Positions 1 through 9,786 of a stretch of 39,168 nt of DNA are shown here, piece after piece (position 1 is the first letter of the stretch; each line of letters begins with the position of its first letter). The notes under the pieces are model-generated. The model worked only from the letters and a program-made list of their open reading frames with translations, was not told the origin of the DNA and searched no databases. Made by a program: the position numbers and the translations under genes. This DNA comes from an uncultured Candidatus Saccharibacteria bacterium (GTDB taxonomy: Bacteria > Patescibacteriota > Minisyncoccia > Phycocordibacterales > SBAW01), in the NCBI GenBank assembly GCA_964363205.1, contig CAYIHD010000003.1, positions 1 through 39,168 of the forward strand. The letters are read 5' to 3'.

Positions 1-50
<50 letters not shown>

Positions 51-59
51 CTCAGAGGA

Positions 60-1076
60 ATGGTCAGAATCCGCTTTGCTCATACTTATGACGATATCAT
101 TTCCGTGGAAAATTTGCTCGCGGCATGGCGAGAATTTTTAAATGGCAAGCGCAAAAAAGTGGATGTACGCGAGTTTCAGTACCACCTTTCCGACAGTGTG
201 CACGCGCTCCATGCTGATCTAGTAAGTCTGACTTACTGCCACGGCGGCTATCACCATTTTAAAATCTCCGACCCCAAACCCCGCGATATACACAAAGCAA
301 GCGTCCGCGACCGCCTGCTCCACCACGCCATCTACCGGATGCTATATCCATACTTCGACAAAACATTCATCCACGACTCCTATTCCTGCCGCTTACACAA
401 AGGCACGCACAAAGCGATGGACCGCTTTCGTGCTTTTACCTACCAAGTCTCCAACAATCACACCCGCACTTGCTGGGTACTCAAATGCGATATCCGCAAG
501 TTCTTTGCCTCAATCGACCACCAAACCCTCTTTACGATTTTAGAGAAATATATCCCCGACCAAAAAATCCTCTGGCTTTTGCGTGAAGTCGTGAGCAGTT
601 TCTCCTCTCACAACATCCTTACAAACTCAAGTATGTTGGTGTGTCGTAAAGGCCTGCCGCTCGGCAATCTCACGAGCCAGCTTTTAGTCAACATCTACAT
701 GAATAAGTTTGACCAGTTTGTAAAACACAAACTGAAAGTAAAATACTATGTCCGCTATGCGGACGACTTCGTGATTCTATCGCGCGATAAACAAGAACTA
801 GAGCAAGTACTACGATATATCGTAGTATTCATGCGCGAGCGTTTAAAACTAGAGTTACATCCAGACAAGGTTTATATCAAAACCTTTGCATCAGGCGTGG
901 ACTTCTTGGGATGGGTGCATTTCCCCGACCATCGGGTACTGCGGACGAGCACCAAGCGGAGGATGCTGCGACGTACCGCTGGACTCGGGGAGGATAGTCC
1001 GACGGTTCAGTCATATTTAGGATTACTATCACACGGCAATACAGCAAATTTGAGAACCAAATTACTGAGAAACTAA
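60..1076 (+). CDS. Reverse transcriptase, DGR-type
   Basis: Motifs KPRDIHKASVRDRLLHHA, LKCDIRKFFASIDH, GLPLGNLTSQ (the GxxxSQ variant typical of DGR RTs), YVRYADDF and GVDFLG. 338 aa with no endonuclease domain. The true start may lie upstream of the poly-C. Confidence 0.85.
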   Translation: MVRIRFAHTYDDIISVENLLAAWREFLNGKRKKVDVREFQYHLSDSVHALHADLVSLTYCHGGYHHFKISDPKPRDIHKASVRDRLLHHAIYRMLYPYFDKTFIHDSYSCRLHKGTHKAMDRFRAFTYQVSNNHTRTCWVLKCDIRKFFASIDHQTLFTILEKYIPDQKILWLLREVVSSFSSHNILTNSSMLVCRKGLPLGNLTSQLLVNIYMNKFDQFVKHKLKVKYYVRYADDFVILSRDKQELEQVLRYIVVFMRERLKLELHPDKVYIKTFASGVDFLGWVHFPDHRVLRTSTKRRMLRRTAGLGEDSPTVQSYLGLLSHGNTANLRTKLLRN

Positions 1077-1106
1077 AACGGCAAGGTGTGGTCAGCGAGG
1101 CGGAGA

Positions 1107-1334
1107 TTAACGCGAAGATACTGAGTTTAGCGTAAATGGAAGCGTTGTTGCCTGTGAAGTATGTATAGCGCGGCGGGAGGCGTTAAGAAGGGTAAATCCG
1201 CGCACGCGTTTAGTCCGGGAGTCGACGCGCGCCAGCACGTCGTTACCGACCTCGACCGTATTGTCCTTTATACTCGGCTTTCCTTCCGAGAAGTAAAAGA
1301 CATCCGCTTCTTTATCATAGTAGTACGTAAGCAT
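1107..1334 (-). CDS. DUF2283-like small protein (putative antitoxin)
   Basis: N-terminus YYYDKEADVFYF...EVGNDVLARVD...VRGFTLLNAS resembles DUF2283. Lies directly downstream of a small nuclease-like ORF. Confidence 0.65.
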   Translation of the reverse strand: MLTYYYDKEADVFYFSEGKPSIKDNTVEVGNDVLARVDSRTKRVRGFTLLNASRRAIHTSQATTLPFTLNSVSSR

Positions 1335-1343
1335 GGCTATATG

Positions 1344-1622
1344 TTATATTTTTTTCGGTTTCTTGGCAAGATATGCAGTAAGGACAAATGGTCGCGGGCT
1401 TCTTTTGACGACAATAGCGAGCCACCTCCTCCGTTTTGGGAGAAAACGATAACAGATGACCGTTAGCAGATCATGCTTCGAGGAAATTTCATGTTCGGGG
1501 TCCGACAGAGTGAGTGCAAAGTATTGCAGACAGCTTTTGACGTCAGGATGAAAAGTAAAGATATGTTGCTTGCGCTCGTCGGTCAGAGCAACCACTCCGT
1601 AGCGAGAGTTAAAGTGCATCAT
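1344..1622 (-). CDS. Small BECR/DUF4258-like ribonuclease-fold protein (putative toxin)
   Basis: LTDERKQHI..HP and VVK...FVLTAY motifs, 92 aa, paired with the DUF2283-like gene. Confidence 0.55.
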   Translation of the reverse strand: MMHFNSRYGVVALTDERKQHIFTFHPDVKSCLQYFALTLSDPEHEISSKHDLLTVICYRFLPKRRRWLAIVVKRSPRPFVLTAYLAKKPKKI

Positions 1623-1624
1623 AA

Positions 1625-2197
1625 CTAAAACGGCAGGGTATGGGTGAGTGATATGGAGTCGCCGGATTTCTCCCAGCCCTTGGTGTCCAGCTTTATTTCG
1701 CGCACGCCGTCGTAGTCGCGGTATTTTACCGAGCCGTGTTTTTTTGCGTATTCGTACAGCTCGTTGGTGATGCGCACGTCATCTAAGCAGTAGTCGAGCA
1801 CTTTTTGCCTCAGACCCTGCTTCCACCACTCGACCGCCTCCAACCCGTGGCCGGACTTGCCGGCGCCGAGCGTCGCCTCGGCCAGGTTGTCGAGCTTGAG
1901 CCGGCGGCCGAGCACGTTCTTGACCTCCTTAAGCAGGTCGACGCTTTTTATTTTGGTGAGGTCGCCGGCGTAATATTTGTTGAGTATCGGAATATCAAAG
2001 TGCTCGGAGTTGTAACCGACGATGATGTCCGCGGCCTCAAACAGCGGCCACGCATCACGCAGTTCGTCTTTATAAAAACCTTTCAGCGTGTTGTCCAAAG
2101 AGTCATGCACGCCGAGCACTGTTATCTCAAGGTTTGAAAAGTCGCCGTTCGTGCGGAAGTCGCCCTCCGTCTCTATGTCGAAAGTGATACGGCGCAT
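1625..2197 (-). CDS. RNase H-like / DEDD 3'-5' exonuclease (YprB-like)
   Basis: ITFDIETE, VGYNSEHFDIPIL and YCLDDVRIT exonuclease motifs. Translationally coupled to hisS. Confidence 0.8.
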   Translation of the reverse strand: MRRITFDIETEGDFRTNGDFSNLEITVLGVHDSLDNTLKGFYKDELRDAWPLFEAADIIVGYNSEHFDIPILNKYYAGDLTKIKSVDLLKEVKNVLGRRLKLDNLAEATLGAGKSGHGLEAVEWWKQGLRQKVLDYCLDDVRITNELYEYAKKHGSVKYRDYDGVREIKLDTKGWEKSGDSISLTHTLPF

Positions 2198-3438
2198 TAT
2201 TTTTTAAAGAAACCGGCTAGTTCGCCGCGCGCTACGGGCTCTGCCGCGCCTGTTTCCAGATTTTTTACATTGTAAGTTCCGCTCGCAAGCTCGTCCTCGC
2301 CGACGACAATGAGCCACGGGATCTTGTGCTTGGCGGCGGCTTTTATCTGGTCGCCCAGCTTGCGCTCGCCGAAGTCGACTGCCGTGTTTACACCCGCGCC
2401 GCGTAGCTCTCCCGCAAGCGCCTGCGCGCGCACCGCCAGCTCCGGAGCGGTCACGGCCAGGTATACCGTCGTTGTGGGCGTATATGGCGGTATAAGCCCG
2501 CGTACAGCGAGGAAGTCGCGCATAGTGACGTCGCCCATGCCAAAGCCGACCCCGGGCATCGGTTCGTCGTCAAAAAGAGCCGTCAGATTGTCGTAGCGCC
2601 CGCCGCCGAAGAGTGCGCGGTTGTTGTCCTTGTGCGTGTCAAAAACTTCAAACACAATGCCACTGTAATAGGCAAAACCGCGCACAACCGAAGGGTCGTA
2701 GACGATGTTGGTAATGCCGGCCACGCGGAACTCCTGCAGCATCTGCGCAATATCCTGCGGTACGACTTTTGGCGACAGCAAACTTTTGGTTACGCCGAGT
2801 TTTTTAATCTCGAGATCAAAGTCGACCTCGGACATTTTGGCGCGGCGGTCGAGCAGGCCGAACAGTTGTTTTGTCTGCGCCTCGTTTAACCCGCTCTCCT
2901 GCGCAATAGTGTTGATTGCCTGCCTGCTGCCGACGCGGATTTCAAAGTCGCTCTGCCGCGCGCCGAGCGCCGCCATGATGCCGTAGGCGACCATAATAAC
3001 TTCCGCATCCGCGGCCGGCGACCGCGAGCCAAAGAGGTCGACATTGAGCTGCCAGTGTTCGCGCAGGCGTCCGCGCTGCGGCCTCTCGTAGCGGAAGACG
3101 TTGGGGATAGAGTAGAGCCGCAAAGGGAACCCGAGCTCGCGGCGCCGCGCGGCAACCATGCGCGCGACCGTCGGCGTCATCTCGGGCCGCAGCGCGACCT
3201 CGCGGCCACCGCGGTCGGTAAAGATATAGGACTGCTCGTTTACTATCTCTTCGTTATCGGCGCCCTTGGCCTTGTACAGCTCGGCCGGCTCCAAAATTGA
3301 GGCGTGGTACTCGACATAGCCCATGCGCTCCACCTCGCCGCGCAGGGTTTTAAAAAGCCAGTGTAAAAAAGCCTGGTCCTCCGGATAAAAATCCCGGACG
3401 CCTTTGTAGGGTTCTACCGACAGCTTATTTTTGCTCAT
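2197..3438 (-). CDS. hisS: Histidine--tRNA ligase
   Basis: KGVRDFYP, LRPEMTPTVAR, FRYERPQRGRLREHWQ, VRGFAYY, GGGRYD and a C-terminal anticodon-binding domain. Confidence 0.97.
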   Translation of the reverse strand: MSKNKLSVEPYKGVRDFYPEDQAFLHWLFKTLRGEVERMGYVEYHASILEPAELYKAKGADNEEIVNEQSYIFTDRGGREVALRPEMTPTVARMVAARRRELGFPLRLYSIPNVFRYERPQRGRLREHWQLNVDLFGSRSPAADAEVIMVAYGIMAALGARQSDFEIRVGSRQAINTIAQESGLNEAQTKQLFGLLDRRAKMSEVDFDLEIKKLGVTKSLLSPKVVPQDIAQMLQEFRVAGITNIVYDPSVVRGFAYYSGIVFEVFDTHKDNNRALFGGGRYDNLTALFDDEPMPGVGFGMGDVTMRDFLAVRGLIPPYTPTTTVYLAVTAPELAVRAQALAGELRGAGVNTAVDFGERKLGDQIKAAAKHKIPWLIVVGEDELASGTYNVKNLETGAAEPVARGELAGFFKK

Positions 3439-3466
3439 AGCGGTGTTATCGAGTATTGTAGCAGAA

Positions 3467-4237
3467 ATGAAAGGTCAAGTCTTAAATCTCTACAAGCAGC
3501 TCGGCGAGACGCCGCGCGAGCGCCTGGAGCGCCTGCGGGCGCAGAGGCCGCACTACGAGCACGAGGTGCTTTCCTACGCCGGCAGGCTCGACCCGATGGC
3601 GGAGGGCGTGATGCTTTGTTTGGTCGGTTCCGCCAACAAACGGCGCGAGGCGTATCTCGAGCTCTCCAAAGAGTACGTGCTCGACATACTCTTTGGTTTT
3701 GCCACCGACACGTACGACGTGCTCGGCCGCGTGATGGACACCGGCGACGGCAACGATCCGTCTATCAATAAAAAAACCGTGCAAAAAGGCCTCAACGAAT
3801 TCCGCGGACATATCAACCAGGAATATCCGCCGTACAGCAGCAAGACGGTCGAGGGCAAATCGCTTTTTGAGTGGGCGCGCAGCAACGCGCTCGGCTCGCT
3901 CATGATGCCCAGCCGCACGGTCACCATCCATCACATCGATGTCGAAAAAATGTACAAAGTGTCCGAGCCTGTTCTGCTCGACTATATCGAGGACGGCATC
4001 GCGCGCGTGACCGGTGATTTTAGGCAGGAGGAGACCTTGCGTCTGTGGAAACAGCAATTAAAAAAAGAGGGAGACCGCGAGTTTATATGCGCGACGGTAA
4101 AAATAGAGTGCACCAGCGGCACCTACGCGCGCTCGATAGCCAACGGCCTGGGCAAAGAGCTCGGCGTGCCGGCGCTTGCGCTCCATATCCTCCGCACCAA
4201 AGTAGGGGAGTACTCGGTAGAGAAGAGTTTGAAATAG
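3467..4237 (+). CDS. truB: tRNA pseudouridine(55) synthase
   Basis: YAGRLDPMAEGV (catalytic Asp), TDTYD, PPYSSK, CTSGTYARS. Start moved to ATG 3467 to avoid overlap with hisS. Confidence 0.88.
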   Translation: MKGQVLNLYKQLGETPRERLERLRAQRPHYEHEVLSYAGRLDPMAEGVMLCLVGSANKRREAYLELSKEYVLDILFGFATDTYDVLGRVMDTGDGNDPSINKKTVQKGLNEFRGHINQEYPPYSSKTVEGKSLFEWARSNALGSLMMPSRTVTIHHIDVEKMYKVSEPVLLDYIEDGIARVTGDFRQEETLRLWKQQLKKEGDREFICATVKIECTSGTYARSIANGLGKELGVPALALHILRTKVGEYSVEKSLK

Positions 4238-4242
4238 GCTCC

Positions 4243-4343
4243 GTAAAACGAAGTTTCCAGGAACGCAGAAAATTTCCTGCTGATAAATTTTCCTATGGCA
4301 CGGCGCCGTCGCGCCTGCCAACATTCCTGAAAACTTGTTTTAC
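4243..4343. repeat. MITE/REP-like structured element between convergent truB and nrdB
   Basis: Imperfect terminal inverted repeats gtaaaacgaagtttccaggaa / ttcctgaaaacttgttttac enclosing two internal hairpins (gaaaattt/aaattttc and tggca/tgcca). Confidence 0.6.
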
Positions 4344-4347
4344 TTCG

Positions 4348-5340
<993 letters not shown>

Positions 5341-5424
5341 AGTGCAACTATTTTACACGCCCGCGTATGAAGACAGCAAGGGGATTACTAACCAAAAAAC
5401 AGTAACTGTCCAAGCGGTAGGGGC

Positions 5425-5454
5425 TTGACAAACTACCAAATTTGGGTATATAAT
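5425..5454 (+). promoter_or_regulatory. Sigma70-like promoter
   Basis: TTGACA(5425)-N18-TATAAT(5449). Confidence 0.65.
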
Positions 5455-5503
5455 ATATGCTAGCTGAACCGTTTGAAATTCACGCAACTAGGGAGCGTTC
5501 CAC

Positions 5504-5677
5504 ATGTCGCAAATCGATATCATTCTTTATGTCCTCAGGCAGGGTCCATGGCACGAGAATCTGTTCGATAAGCTATTCCTTTTGGTGTATGGGGCATCCA
5601 TACTCGCTCTGATTGCGTTGTTTTTTGCGGAGTACATCGTGCTAGTGGACAAGTACACCGCTCCGTATCTCAACTGA
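5504..5677 (+). CDS. Small single-TM protein (57 aa), absent from the ORF track
   Basis: MSQIDIILYVLRQGPWHENLFDKLFLLVYGASILALIALFFAEYIVLVDKYTAPYLN. GGGAG Shine-Dalgarno upstream, own promoter and terminator. Confidence 0.65.
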   Translation: MSQIDIILYVLRQGPWHENLFDKLFLLVYGASILALIALFFAEYIVLVDKYTAPYLN

Positions 5678-5688
5678 GCCTCGAGACG

Positions 5689-5721
5689 AAAAAGCCCCGG
5701 CTTTTCGCCCGGGGCTTTTTT
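5689..5721. terminator. Intrinsic terminator (bidirectional-capable)
   Basis: aaaaagccccgg-cttttcgc-ccggggcttttt. Confidence 0.8.
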
Positions 5722-5726
5722 ATTAC

Positions 5727-5735
5727 TTATCCACA
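5727..5735 (+). promoter_or_regulatory. Perfect DnaA box
   Basis: TTATCCACA. Confidence 0.55.
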
Positions 5736-5761
5736 GTTACCGAGGACTTTCCTTGGTAAGA

Positions 5762-8755
5762 CTACGCGGAGCAGGACTCGCAGACTTCGCCTATGACTTC
5801 GACTTTGTTTCCCAGGGGGACGACGGTCTTTTCGCCGAAGCCCGGGATTCCTTTTGATTCATATGCCGGAGCGATAGCGATAGTCATCGCTTTTTTTGCC
5901 ATTTCAATCAGGTCGAGCTGGCCCGCGCGCACGGCTTCGGCCTCTATAATGGCCGCGACCTCGCCTTTGGACATAGTCGACGGTATAGACTCGACCAATA
6001 CGGTTTCCTCGATGATTACGGTAGAAGTTATGCCCGACGATACCGACGCGTTGCTGCCGTCGGCCTTGGTGGTGGCGCCGAACTTGGCCATGTTGACCGT
6101 CGACTTTTCTATCCGGCTCGCGCCCATACTGCGCAGGTAGTAGGTGGTCTTAAGCCCCAGCGCCCACGCGTACTGATAGATTTCGGAAAGTATTTTGCCG
6201 GAGGTGCCGCCGTAAAAGATATTGAGCGACTGGCTTTGGTCTATCCAGCGTCCGCGATAGGCCGCCGCTTTGATGAGCCACTGCGGCTCGATTTCGAACG
6301 CCTCTTTGTACTTGGCGCGCAGAGCCTGCGGGATTTCCGTTATCTCCTGCACCGAGCCGTCGTAGAACTTTATCCGCTCCAGCATGTCGGCGTTCCACAG
6401 GTCGAGCTTTTTTAGGTCTTCCACCAAAAACTCGTTGACTATCATAAAGTCGCCCGCCATGTTGGATTTGACGTAGATGTTTTTGTAGATAGGTTCGATG
6501 GTCGGGTAGCAGCCGGCGATGTTGGCGGTGCTGGCGGTCGGCGCGTTGGCCATGGTGTTGGAGTTTCGCATGCCCCACTGGCGCACCGCCTCGCGCACCA
6601 GCCGCCAGTCGAGCGTCTCGTGGCGCGGTACGTCTATTTTGACGCCGCGCTCCTGCTCGAGCAGTGCGATAGTGTCTTGCGGGAACAGTCCGCGGTCCCA
6701 CTTGGAGCCTTTGTACGACTCGTATGTGCCGCGCTCTTTGGCAAGAAGCGACGATGAGAGTATGGCGTGGTACGCGATAGTTTCCATCGACTCGTCGCTA
6801 AAGCGCACGGCCTCGTCGGAGTCGAAGTTTATGTCCATTTTGTACAGCGCGTCCATAAGCCCGCGCAGCCCCAAGCCCACCGGCCGGTGCTTCATGTTGG
6901 AGCGGAGCGTCTTTTCGGTCGGGTAGTAGTTGGCGTCGATAACGTTGTCGAGCATGCGCATCGCCACCGGCACCACGCGCGCTATCATGTCGCGGTCAAA
7001 AGCGCCGTTGTTGATAAAGCTCGACAGGTTGATTGACCCGAGGTTGCAGACCGCGGTCTCGGTGGCCGAGGTGTTGAGCGTAATCTCGGTGCACAGGTTG
7101 CTTGAGTGCACGACGCCGCAGTGGTCTTGAGGCGAACGTACGTTGCAAGGGTCCTTCCACGTAATCCACGGGTGTCCGGACTCGAACAGCATGGTTAGGT
7201 GCTTGCGCCAGAGGTCGGTGGCGCGCAGGCGCTTGTGGTGCGGTATCTCTCCTTTATCGGCGCGCGCCTCGTAGGCTATGTACGCCGCGTCAAATTTTTT
7301 GCCGTAGAGGTCGTGCAGGTCAGGCACATCGCTGGGGCTGAACAGCGTCCAATAGCCGTCTTCCTGCAGGCGCTTCATAAAGAGGTCGGGTATCCACACC
7401 GCGGTGTTGAGGTCGTGGGCGCGGCGGCGTTCGTCGCCGGTGTTTTTGCGCAACTCCATAAAGTCCTCTATATCGAGATGCCAGTACTCCAGATACACTG
7501 CCGCGGCGCCGCGGCGGCGCCCCGAGCGGTTGATGGAGATAGTGACGTCGTTCTGGATTTTGAGAAACGGTATGACGCCCTGCGACTCGACTCCTGTCTT
7601 CTTAATCATAGAGCCGGTGGCGCGCACGGCCGACCAGTCTACGCCCAAGCCGCCGGCGTATTTAAGCAGCTGCGCGCCGTCTTTGTACTCGTCAAATATC
7701 GCGTGCAGGTCGTCCGGCACCGTGGAGAGAAAGCAGGAGGAGAGCTGCGGCAGAGCGAGCCCCGCGTGGTACAGCGTAGGCGAGGACGGCGTGTAGTGCA
7801 TACTGGACATCGCCTCATAAAACTCGACCGCGTAGCGGTTGCGGTCCTCAGGCGTCTTTTCGGCCAGGGCGCAACCCATGGCGACGCGCATCCAGAATAT
7901 CTGCGGCGTTTCAAGCAGTTTGCGGCCCACGTGTTCTTTGGAAAGGTAGTTCGCCTGGAGCGTCTGGAGGCCGAGGTATTTAAAATCGTTGTCGCGCTCA
8001 AGCACCAGCGCGTCGGCGAGAGTCTTGAGGTCGAAGTCCATCATGCGTTTGTCAAACTGTCCGAGCTCTACGCCGCGCGCAATGGTGCGCGCGAACGCGT
8101 CGCGGTGCGCCTCCTCCAGCTTTTGGTAATCGATGTCGCCGAGCACCTCGCGGTACAAATACAAAAGGAGCAAACGCGCCGCCACGTAGGAGTGCGCCGG
8201 GTCGCGCTCTATCATCGAGCGCACCACCATGATGAGCACGTCGTGTATCTCTTTGGTTTTGATGCCGTCGTACATCTCTTGGCGCACGCGCGCGATGACG
8301 GACGGCACGTCGATGATCTTTTCGTAGCCGGTGCACGCGCGTATGAGCGTGCGGGTGAGCTTTGCCTCGCTAAAGTTCTCTCGGCTCCCGTCGCGCTTGG
8401 TTATAAGGAGCTGGTTGTCCTCTATTTTCTCCGCGATCGCGGCCTTTTTTTCCTCGCGGGCTTTGGTGTGCTCGTACCGGTAGATGATGTAGTCCTTCGC
8501 GACGGTAAAATAGCCGCGCTCCATGAGCGCGTTCTCCACTAGGTCCTGGATATCCTCGACCGAGGGGATAAGCGCGGTGTTGCCGTACTTAAGGTCGATG
8601 ACATCAACCACAACGCGCGTGATGTCTGCGGCATCTGTTTCGTGGCTGTCGCCGAGCACCGCGGCAAAAGCTTTTTGCACGGCGATGGTGATGTTTTTCG
8701 GCTGGAAGTCGGCTATCTCTCCGTTGCGTTTTTTAATCTTTTGCGTGATAGCCAT
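5762..8755 (-). CDS. nrdA: Ribonucleotide reductase alpha subunit with two N-terminal ATP cones
   Basis: IKKRNG and ITKRDG ATP-cone starts, QLSSCF, SSNLCTEI, CNLGSINL, APTASTA, LKTTYYLR and C-terminal CESC. Confidence 0.97.
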   Translation of the reverse strand: MAITQKIKKRNGEIADFQPKNITIAVQKAFAAVLGDSHETDAADITRVVVDVIDLKYGNTALIPSVEDIQDLVENALMERGYFTVAKDYIIYRYEHTKAREEKKAAIAEKIEDNQLLITKRDGSRENFSEAKLTRTLIRACTGYEKIIDVPSVIARVRQEMYDGIKTKEIHDVLIMVVRSMIERDPAHSYVAARLLLLYLYREVLGDIDYQKLEEAHRDAFARTIARGVELGQFDKRMMDFDLKTLADALVLERDNDFKYLGLQTLQANYLSKEHVGRKLLETPQIFWMRVAMGCALAEKTPEDRNRYAVEFYEAMSSMHYTPSSPTLYHAGLALPQLSSCFLSTVPDDLHAIFDEYKDGAQLLKYAGGLGVDWSAVRATGSMIKKTGVESQGVIPFLKIQNDVTISINRSGRRRGAAAVYLEYWHLDIEDFMELRKNTGDERRRAHDLNTAVWIPDLFMKRLQEDGYWTLFSPSDVPDLHDLYGKKFDAAYIAYEARADKGEIPHHKRLRATDLWRKHLTMLFESGHPWITWKDPCNVRSPQDHCGVVHSSNLCTEITLNTSATETAVCNLGSINLSSFINNGAFDRDMIARVVPVAMRMLDNVIDANYYPTEKTLRSNMKHRPVGLGLRGLMDALYKMDINFDSDEAVRFSDESMETIAYHAILSSSLLAKERGTYESYKGSKWDRGLFPQDTIALLEQERGVKIDVPRHETLDWRLVREAVRQWGMRNSNTMANAPTASTANIAGCYPTIEPIYKNIYVKSNMAGDFMIVNEFLVEDLKKLDLWNADMLERIKFYDGSVQEITEIPQALRAKYKEAFEIEPQWLIKAAAYRGRWIDQSQSLNIFYGGTSGKILSEIYQYAWALGLKTTYYLRSMGASRIEKSTVNMAKFGATTKADGSNASVSSGITSTVIIEETVLVESIPSTMSKGEVAAIIEAEAVRAGQLDLIEMAKKAMTIAIAPAYESKGIPGFGEKTVVPLGNKVEVIGEVCESCSA

Positions 8756-8791
8756 AGGAAATTCCAGTATACCGCCAGACCGGTTACTTTT

Positions 8792-8800
8792 TGTGGATAA
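8792..8800 (-). promoter_or_regulatory. Perfect DnaA box upstream of nrdA
   Basis: TGTGGATAA about 20 nt upstream of the GGTATACT -10 element preceding nrdA, with an adjacent degenerate box (ctgtcccca). Confidence 0.6.
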
Positions 8801-8878
8801 CTGTCCCCAAACCCCAGTAGAAAATGCTTTTGATAAAAATCAATCGCACAAATTCATGAAGTAGGGGTTTTAGGGGAC

Positions 8879-8907
8879 TTGACAAAACTACCTAACGGGT
8901 GTATAGT
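8879..8907 (+). promoter_or_regulatory. Sigma70-like promoter
   Basis: TTGACA(8879)-N17-TATAGT(8902). Confidence 0.7.
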
Positions 8908-8910
8908 GGT

Positions 8911-9082
8911 ATGCGGACGAACAGGCCGGGCATCCGCCCGTCTGCATGGTTCTAGAGCTCGGGAGGGTTCTATGGCGGTCATCATGTTCCTCGTTCGTGT
9001 TCTACAATTTGTGAGCTGGGTTCTCAGCCCGCTCAACGATATCGGCTCCGGCGCGCAAAATGCGCCGGAGTTTTTATTTTAG
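8911..9082 (+). other. Structured small transcript (sRNA or 36-aa hydrophobic peptide mRNA, ORF 8972-9082)
   Basis: Stem atgcggacg/cgtctgcat, GGGAGG SD, ORF MAVIMFLVRVLQFVSWVLSPLNDIGSGAQNAPEFLF, internal hairpin tgagc..gctca, terminator ctccggcgcg/tgcgccggag-ttttt (9046-9075). Confidence 0.5.
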
Positions 9083-9087
9083 AATCA

Positions 9088-9771
9088 TTATGTCAAGGTT
9101 AAACCTTGCCGTTCCTCTTCGTAGTAAGCGGCAGCTTCCTGTAGCATTTCTTGAGGGTCTGATGGTATTGTGGCGTCAAAAATTGACGCGTCTAGGATTA
9201 TACGATTTAAATGAGATTCGTCGGCGTGGCAGGCAAAACTTGAATAAGGGTAATCAAGAAGTTGTTTTCTCAACTTTCGGATATTTTTTATCTTCCCGTA
9301 TTTCCAGCCGCTTTCGTAAAGCTCGGCCGGATTGCAGTGTATGTAGCGTATGACTCGTTGAAAATACGGGTCATCTTTGGTGTGTTTGGATTTAAAAGTT
9401 CCGGCGAATAAACCGCCTGTACGTTTGTTTTTGATGTTGAAATACATCGTGTAAGCAGTGGCTAGTTTTTGCATGAACAATGAGATTCCTCCCTTGTGTA
9501 TTTCTTTAAGTAACAAGTGATAATGATTAGGCATCAGACAAAACGCGCCGATGGCCGCTAGTGGTTCGCCGCGGGGTATTTGTAGAACTTCAGGGAGAGA
9601 GCGGGAATGCAGGTCGCTTAAGTGAATTGAATTGGTTGAGTTGGTAAGATAGAGTAATTTTAAAAAACGTTGATAGTCGAAATCATTTTCAAAAATAATC
9701 CGCTTCTCTACTCCACGGTTATAACAATGAAACCACTCTTGCGGTGCAAAAGGCGTCGAGCGAGTTGACAT
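9088..9771 (-). mobile_element. REP-associated tyrosine transposase (RAYT, IS200/Y1 family)
   Basis: FHCYNRG, FCLMPNHYHLL (HUH), RTGGLF and RYIHCNP (catalytic Tyr). Flanked by palindromic direct repeats. Confidence 0.88.
9089..9110 (+). repeat. REP-like palindrome, copy 1
   Basis: tatgtcaaggttaaaccttgcc, overlapping the RAYT 3' end. Confidence 0.8.
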
Positions 9772-9786
9772 TTTTTAATTATATCC

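Noticed and set aside
60..1106. Group II intron or retron interpretation of the RT
   Set aside because: No domain V/VI-like sequence after the stop, the GNLTSQ motif is DGR-like, and there is no retron VTG motif.
5737..5759. GGAAAGTCC on the minus strand resembling the RNase P RNA core
   Set aside because: It is part of a 23-bp hairpin, with no room or other RNase P elements.
7199..8542. Long antisense ORF (447 aa), and similarly 13079-14659, 33595-34755 and 36736-37701
   Set aside because: Shadow ORFs opposite well-supported genes in GC-rich coding DNA, with no recognisable motifs.
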